IMG/VR virus record: IMGVR_UViG_3300001589_005208
Source: an uncultured virus (IMG/VR IMGVR_UViG_3300001589_005208)
Lineage: Duplodnaviria > Heunggongvirae > Uroviricota > Caudoviricetes
DNA length: 20,000 bases
Strand: one strand, 5' to 3'
Part shown: positions 15,019-20,000 of the stretch, one piece after another
Layout of the letters: the number at the start of each line of letters is the position of its first letter
How positions within the stretch are numbered: the first letter of the stretch is position 1
Made by a program: the position numbers and the translations under genes
The notes under the pieces: model-generated
What the model saw: only the letters and a program-made list of their open reading frames with translations
The model's database searches: none
What the model was told of the DNA's origin: nothing

Positions 15019-18000
15019 ATGGCTGTTACTCGTATAAAAACCAACCAGATTACAGATTTAAATGTAACCAATGCAAAACTTGCCAACAATTCGGTTACTG
15101 CTGGCAAACTGGCTGACAATTTAACTTACGGTAGTAACCTTACTGTTAGCGGAAATTTAACCGTTAGTGGTACAACCTCTACTGTTGACACAACAAACAC
15201 AACAATCGCCGATCCGTTCTTACTACTAAGTAGTGGAGCATCGGGAGCACCATCAGTTGATGGTGGATTTATAATAAACAGAGGTTCAGAAGCAAACGCG
15301 GCTGTAATCTTTGATGAGAGCTTAGATCAATTTGCTTTCGCAACAACAACTGATGACGGAACAACTGCTGGTAACGTAACCATCGCAGCATACGCCGACA
15401 TGAGAGCAAAAGAAGTAACTGGTACAACAATTACTGCTAGTGTAGGATTTGCTGGAGACCTAACAGGTGCTTCTGCTGGTGCTCACACTGGTGCAGTTGA
15501 TGGTATCGTAGGTGGAACAACACCTGCTGCCGTAACTGGTACAGTTATTACTGCAAACACAAACTTTGCAGGTGCTCTTACAGGTAATGTAACTGGTAAC
15601 ATCGACGGTATCGTTGGTGGAAATACACCGGCTGCAATTACAGGTACTGTTATTACTGCAAATACAAGTTTTGCAGGCGCATTAAATGGAACAGTAGGTG
15701 CAACAACAGCAGCTGCAGGTCTATTTACAACTATAGGCGCATCTGGTACAATTACAGGTGACGTAACTGGTGACTTAACTGGTAACGTAACTGCTGGCTC
15801 AGGTACAAGTTCATTCAACGCAGTAGATATTAACGGTGCATTAACTGCCGCTGGTATTACTTTTGATGCTTCTAGTACAATTGATGCTGGTACAAACAAA
15901 ATTGTAAACGTAGTAGATCCAACTGCAAACCAAGACGCGGCAACAAAGAAATATGTTGACGATCAGTTAAGTGGTGCAGAAAACTCAATAACACAAGGTA
16001 ATTCAAGTGTTGTTGTAACTGACACAGGGTCAGACGGTAAGATCGCATTTAACATTGATGGTGCTGAAGAAGGCAAAATTGATGCAGACGGTTTTACACT
16101 AGGTAACATCAGAATAGATGGTGGTACAATCAGAAGTACAAGTGGTGATTTAACAATCGATCCAACTCCAGATGGAAGTGGTGGAACGTTAATCGTTGCT
16201 GGTAACTTAACTGTTCAAGGTACAACAACAACTGTTGACTCAACTGTTGTAACTATTGCAGATCCAATCTTCCAGGTTGGTGCCGATAGTGCAGATAGTT
16301 TAGACAGAGGTATCTTATTCCTACACAATGATGGCGCTTCTAAGAAGGGTTATTTTGGAGCGGATATGAGTGAAACTGGTAATGAGTTTATCTACATTGC
16401 AGATGCAACTGATACTTCAAGTGTTATCAGTGGTTCTTTAGGTGCTGCGGCTTTCGGAAGTATGAGAGTTGAAGACTTAACATCAGGTGATTTAGTACTA
16501 GCCGGTGCAAACGGTGAATTAACAGACGGTCCTGCATTTGACGGATCTGCTTTAACAACTGATATCACAGGTAACTTAACAGGTAACGTAACAGGTAACG
16601 TAACAGGTACACAAGATGGTATCGTTGGTGGAACTACTCCAGCAGCCGTAACTGGTACAACTATTACTGCAAACACTGGCTTTGTTGGCCCAATTGATGG
16701 CGTTGTGGGTAACAATACTCCAGCAGCCGTAACTGGTACAACTATTACTGCAAACACTGGTTTTGCTGGACCAATCGATGGCGTTGTAGGTGGAAATACT
16801 CCGGCTGCAGGTACATTTACAACATTGGCTGCTTCAACAAGCATTACTGGCGACTTAACTGGTGATGTAACTGGTGACGTAACTGGTGACTTAACTGGTA
16901 GTGTAACTGCTGGTAGTGGTAAAACTATTGATGTAAGTGGTGGTACTTTAACATTAGCAGACAATCAAATCTCAGGTGATAAGATACAAGGCGGTACAAT
17001 TGGTACTTTCGCTTCAACTGGTATTGATGATAATGGTACAAGTACACAATTAACAATTAGCGACACAAGTGCCGCATTTGGTGGAGCAATTACAGCTGCA
17101 TCAGGTATTGTTGGTGGTACAACTGCTACAACTGGTGCAACTTTTAAAGTTCAAGCAACTGATAGTATGATGTTACCGGTAGGTACTTCAGCACAAAGAC
17201 CAGCAACTGGTGTAGCGGGTATGTTCCGTTTTAACAGTTCAACTGGTGCTATTGAAGTATATACAGGTACTGAGTGGAATGCAGGTACTGACTTTACAGT
17301 TATTACAGCAGACGCTTTTGCTGGTGATGATAGTACAGTTGCATTTACATTAAGTGTAAGTGGTACAACTGCTACAACAATCGTTGCATTAAACGGTGTT
17401 GTACAGATTCCAACAACTGCTTATGCGATTAGTGGAACAACATTAACGTTTACAGAGGCTCCGGCAACTGGCGATGTTATTGATGCTCGTGTATTAACAA
17501 CAACATCAACTGTTACAACAATAACAGGTACAGACGGTCAAGAGTCGATCGTTATGGATGCTGACAATGATCAAGTATTGATTAAAGTTGGTGGTTCAAC
17601 TGTTGCTACATTTACTGCTAGTGGTTTACAAGAAATCAGTTCAAGTGCTATTAACCAGTCAGATACTGGTGTTACAGTTACAGATACTGGTTCAGGTAAC
17701 ATTGCGTTTAATGTAGATAACGCGGCGTTGTTAACATTGACTGCAGGTAGTATTCTAACTGCATCAAATTACACACCAAGTAATGCATACCATTTAACAA
17801 CTAAGGCATATGTCGATAATGAGCTTAACGGACTAGTAGATAGTGCGCCTGGTACATTAGACACACTTAACGAATTAGCGGCAGCACTAGGTGATGACGC
17901 CAACTTCGCAAGTACAATCAACGCATCTGTAAACGCAAGATTACAGTTGACAGGTGGTACTATGAGTGGTGACATTAACATGGGCGGAAACGACATTACT

Positions 18001-18405
18001 AACGCTGGTACATTTAGTGGTACAGCAACTTCGGCACAATACGCTGACTTGGCTGAGATCTATAAAGCAGACGGTAATATTGCTCCAGGTACTGTGGTAA
18101 TGTTTGGCGGTGACGCTGAAGTAACTGAGTGTGGTGACGATCATTGTAAAAAGGTTGCAGGTGTTGTTTCAACAAACCCAGCATACTTAATGAACAGTGA
18201 TGCAGACGGTATCGCAGTTGCATTACAAGGTCGTGTACCTTGTAAAGTTACAGGTAAAATTGCTAAAGGTGATATGCTTGTAAGTGCAGGTGGTGGTAAG
18301 GCCCGTGCTGAAGAAGATCCAAAAATGGGATCAGTAATCGGTAAGGCACTAGAAGACTTTGACGGCGCAGAAGGCGTTATTGAAGTAGTTGTAGGCCGTA
18401 TGTAA
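15019..18405 (+). CDS. Long repetitive fibre protein with a C-terminal peptidase G2/IMC-like or cement-like domain
   Basis: TG(D/N)(V/L) and DGIVGG.TPAA.TGT.ITANT repeats, (A/T)TK.YVD motifs, the classical fibre motif LVDSAPGTLDTLNELAAALGDDANF and a C-terminal YADLAE...VAGVVSTNPAYLMN...VALQGRVPCKV...IGKALE domain. Confidence 0.88.
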   Translation: MAVTRIKTNQITDLNVTNAKLANNSVTAGKLADNLTYGSNLTVSGNLTVSGTTSTVDTTNTTIADPFLLLSSGASGAPSVDGGFIINRGSEANAAVIFDESLDQFAFATTTDDGTTAGNVTIAAYADMRAKEVTGTTITASVGFAGDLTGASAGAHTGAVDGIVGGTTPAAVTGTVITANTNFAGALTGNVTGNIDGIVGGNTPAAITGTVITANTSFAGALNGTVGATTAAAGLFTTIGASGTITGDVTGDLTGNVTAGSGTSSFNAVDINGALTAAGITFDASSTIDAGTNKIVNVVDPTANQDAATKKYVDDQLSGAENSITQGNSSVVVTDTGSDGKIAFNIDGAEEGKIDADGFTLGNIRIDGGTIRSTSGDLTIDPTPDGSGGTLIVAGNLTVQGTTTTVDSTVVTIADPIFQVGADSADSLDRGILFLHNDGASKKGYFGADMSETGNEFIYIADATDTSSVISGSLGAAAFGSMRVEDLTSGDLVLAGANGELTDGPAFDGSALTTDITGNLTGNVTGNVTGTQDGIVGGTTPAAVTGTTITANTGFVGPIDGVVGNNTPAAVTGTTITANTGFAGPIDGVVGGNTPAAGTFTTLAASTSITGDLTGDVTGDVTGDLTGSVTAGSGKTIDVSGGTLTLADNQISGDKIQGGTIGTFASTGIDDNGTSTQLTISDTSAAFGGAITAASGIVGGTTATTGATFKVQATDSMMLPVGTSAQRPATGVAGMFRFNSSTGAIEVYTGTEWNAGTDFTVITADAFAGDDSTVAFTLSVSGTTATTIVALNGVVQIPTTAYAISGTTLTFTEAPATGDVIDARVLTTTSTVTTITGTDGQESIVMDADNDQVLIKVGGSTVATFTASGLQEISSSAINQSDTGVTVTDTGSGNIAFNVDNAALLTLTAGSILTASNYTPSNAYHLTTKAYVDNELNGLVDSAPGTLDTLNELAAALGDDANFASTINASVNARLQLTGGTMSGDINMGGNDITNAGTFSGTATSAQYADLAEIYKADGNIAPGTVVMFGGDAEVTECGDDHCKKVAGVVSTNPAYLMNSDADGIAVALQGRVPCKVTGKIAKGDMLVSAGGGKARAEEDPKMGSVIGKALEDFDGAEGVIEVVVGRM
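16567..16905 (+). repeat. Nested tandem repeats in the fibre gene: 12-nt units (ACAGGTAAC(G/T)TA x3; ACTGG.GA..TA-like x5) and an 81-nt-period repeat with an exact 45-nt core
   Basis: TACTCCAGCAGCCGTAACTGGTACAACTATTACTGCAAACACTGG at 16635-16679 and 16716-16760; 12-mers at 16567-16602 and 16846-16905. All are in frame. Confidence 0.92.
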
Positions 18406-18425
18406 TTTACGCAAAAAACTAACTT

Positions 18426-18453
18426 AGAAAGGCCCTCCGGGGCCTTTCTTTTT
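18426..18453 (+). terminator. Intrinsic terminator with cUCCGg (UNCG) tetraloop
   Basis: AGAAAGGCCC-TCCG-GGGCCTTTCT perfect 10-bp stem plus T run. Confidence 0.93.
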
Positions 18454-18463
18454 GACTAAATAT
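18453..18463 (+). promoter_or_regulatory. Late promoter TGACTAAATAT fused to the terminator T-tract
   Basis: Identical to 7907-7917. Confidence 0.7.
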
Positions 18464-18501
18464 GTTTATATAATTATTCAAGTAAGAACGGGAATTTAAA
18501 A

Positions 18502-20000
18502 ATGCCATTAACAAGACCTAAGGCCGCCCAGGTAAATTTTGATGTAACAAATATAACAGATCCTTTAATAAGAATCAATAGCGGAGAATCAGGAAGTGCT
18601 GATAAAGATACTGGTATTGTTATGGAACGAGGTAGTGATGGTAATGTTGCGTTAATATATGATGAGAGTGCAAATCATTTTGCAGTAATTAATACAGATG
18701 AAGTTGGAACAACTAGTGGTAATGTCACTATAACAAGTTACGCAGATATTAAAGCCAATGCATTTTATGGTGATGGAAGCAACTTAACAGGAGTTAGTGG
18801 TGCCTTTACTGCTGAGAGTGATGGAGCAAGTTTAACAGACACGACTACAGGCTCAGCCGCAGGACCGGTAATTACACTAACAAGAAATGCAAGTGACACA
18901 GCAGCGGATGGAAACTATTTAGGACAATTAAAATTTAAAGGCGACAATGACGCAGGATCTAGCCAAGTATTTGCAAAAATTACTGGAAAAATTGATGATG
19001 CAAGTGATGGAACTGAAGACGGGTTATTAGAATTTGCTAATAAAAAAGCAGGATCAAATGTTATTACGGCAAGACTTACAAGCACAGAACTTAAATTAAT
19101 TAATGGTACAGGATTAGAAGTTGCTGGATTAACATATCCTACTGCTGATGGTTCAGCAGGACAACAACTAACAACAGATGGTAGCGGCGTACTAAGTTGG
19201 GCTGATTCAGGCAGTAGCGGCTCTGTTGGTAGAACAAAATTTACTTTTAATATTACAGGAAGTGTAACAACACTAAGCGGTACAGATGCAAATAGTGCCA
19301 CACTGGCATATACTGCAGAACAAATTGATGTATATGTTAACGGAGTAAGAGTATCGGCTGCAGATATAACTGCAACAAATGGAACCAGTATTGTATTTGG
19401 TGAAACACTAGTTGCTGGTGATGTAGTTGACATTATAGCCCATAACGTTATTGATGTTAGTCAAATTGGAACAGGAAGAACACTATTTAATTATTCTATA
19501 TCCGGTACACCTACAACAGTATCTGGATCAGACTCAAACGGCAATACACTAGCATATACTGTGGGACAGATAGATGTGTTTGTGAATGGTATTAGAATGG
19601 CACCAGTTGATATAACTGCAACAAACGGAACAAGTGTTGTGTTTGGCGTTGCATTGGTTAATAGTGACGTTGTTGATATAATAGCCTATACAGCCTTTGA
19701 TGTTGTAACAAATAATGCAGATGATTTATCAAGTGGCACTGTACCTGATGCAAGGATTACTGGTGCTTATACTGGTATAACTGAATTAACATTAAGTTCT
19801 CACTTAAACATGGGCGATGGAGATATAATCAAACTTGGTGATAGTGCTGATTTACAACTATATCACGATGGTTCTCATTCTTACATAGATGATGTGGGTA
19901 CTGGTAATCTACGTTTAAGAGCAACAAATCTTTTTTTACAAAATAGCGATAATTCAAAACAGTATATTACAATGGTTGATGGTGGTGCTGTTAGTATTCA
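18502..20000 (+). CDS. Fibre protein, 3'-truncated by the window edge (not in the ORF track)
   Basis: Manual translation gives MPLTRPKAAQVNFDVTNITDPLIRINSGESGSADKDTGIVMERGSDGNVALIYDESANHF..., open for about 499 codons to the end. The N-terminal module is homologous to those of the 8560 and 15019 proteins. It includes YPTADGSAGQQLTTDGSGVLSW and KLGDSADLQLYHDGSHSYIDDVGTGNL fibre motifs. Confidence 0.92.
   Translation, partial: MPLTRPKAAQVNFDVTNITDPLIRINSGESGSADKDTGIVMERGSDGNVALIYDESANHFAVINTDEVGTTSGNVTITSYADIKANAFYGDGSNLTGVSGAFTAESDGASLTDTTTGSAAGPVITLTRNASDTAADGNYLGQLKFKGDNDAGSSQVFAKITGKIDDASDGTEDGLLEFANKKAGSNVITARLTSTELKLINGTGLEVAGLTYPTADGSAGQQLTTDGSGVLSWADSGSSGSVGRTKFTFNITGSVTTLSGTDANSATLAYTAEQIDVYVNGVRVSAADITATNGTSIVFGETLVAGDVVDIIAHNVIDVSQIGTGRTLFNYSISGTPTTVSGSDSNGNTLAYTVGQIDVFVNGIRMAPVDITATNGTSVVFGVALVNSDVVDIIAYTAFDVVTNNADDLSSGTVPDARITGAYTGITELTLSSHLNMGDGDIIKLGDSADLQLYHDGSHSYIDDVGTGNLRLRATNLFLQNSDNSKQYITMVDGGAVSI
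19228..19704 (+). repeat. Tandem domain duplication with an 82-aa (246-nt) period
   Basis: GRTKFTF...TLAYTAEQIDVYVNGVR...DITATNGTSIVFG..LV.GDVVDIIA versus GRTLFNY...TLAYTVGQIDVFVNGIR...DITATNGTSVVFG..LV.SDVVDIIA. Confidence 0.92.

Noticed and set aside
16567..16905. Possible CRISPR array or diversity-generating retroelement template/variable repeat pair
   Set aside because: The repeats are in frame, have periods that are multiples of 3 and encode peptide repeats. There is no repeat-spacer array, no adenine-specific mismatch pattern and no reverse transcriptase or cas gene in the window.
352..19433. Many minus-strand ORFs (e.g. 352-891, 4248-4859, 14118-14834, 16392-16964, 18915-19433)
   Set aside because: They lie antisense to clear + strand genes and have low-complexity Pro/Val/Ser sequences expected as mirror frames of strongly biased codons; none has a recognisable motif.

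Overview
The window is the late (virion morphogenesis) region of a large, AT-rich tailed phage with a T4-type head module. All credible genes are on the + strand. Order: a 5'-truncated tape-measure-like protein, portal (gp20-like), a small basic protein, a very acidic prohead-core-like protein, prohead protease (gp21-like), scaffold (gp22-like), major capsid protein (gp23-like), a separately transcribed 152-aa gene, then an array of at least seven Thr/Gly/Ser-rich fibre or appendage proteins built from shared modules. The last of these (18502 to window end) is missing from the ORF track. Most larger intergenic gaps carry a TAAATA core resembling the T4 late promoter TATAAATA, and three intrinsic terminators are clear. 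The best leads are (i) GC-rich, alternatively folding 5' leaders with a shared GGCAC..ACCC motif upstream of two virion genes, (ii) a modular fibre set next to the capsid gene that may build head fibres rather than tail fibres, and (iii) identical terminator-promoter junctions. All calls come from motif recognition by eye; no searches or folding computations were run.
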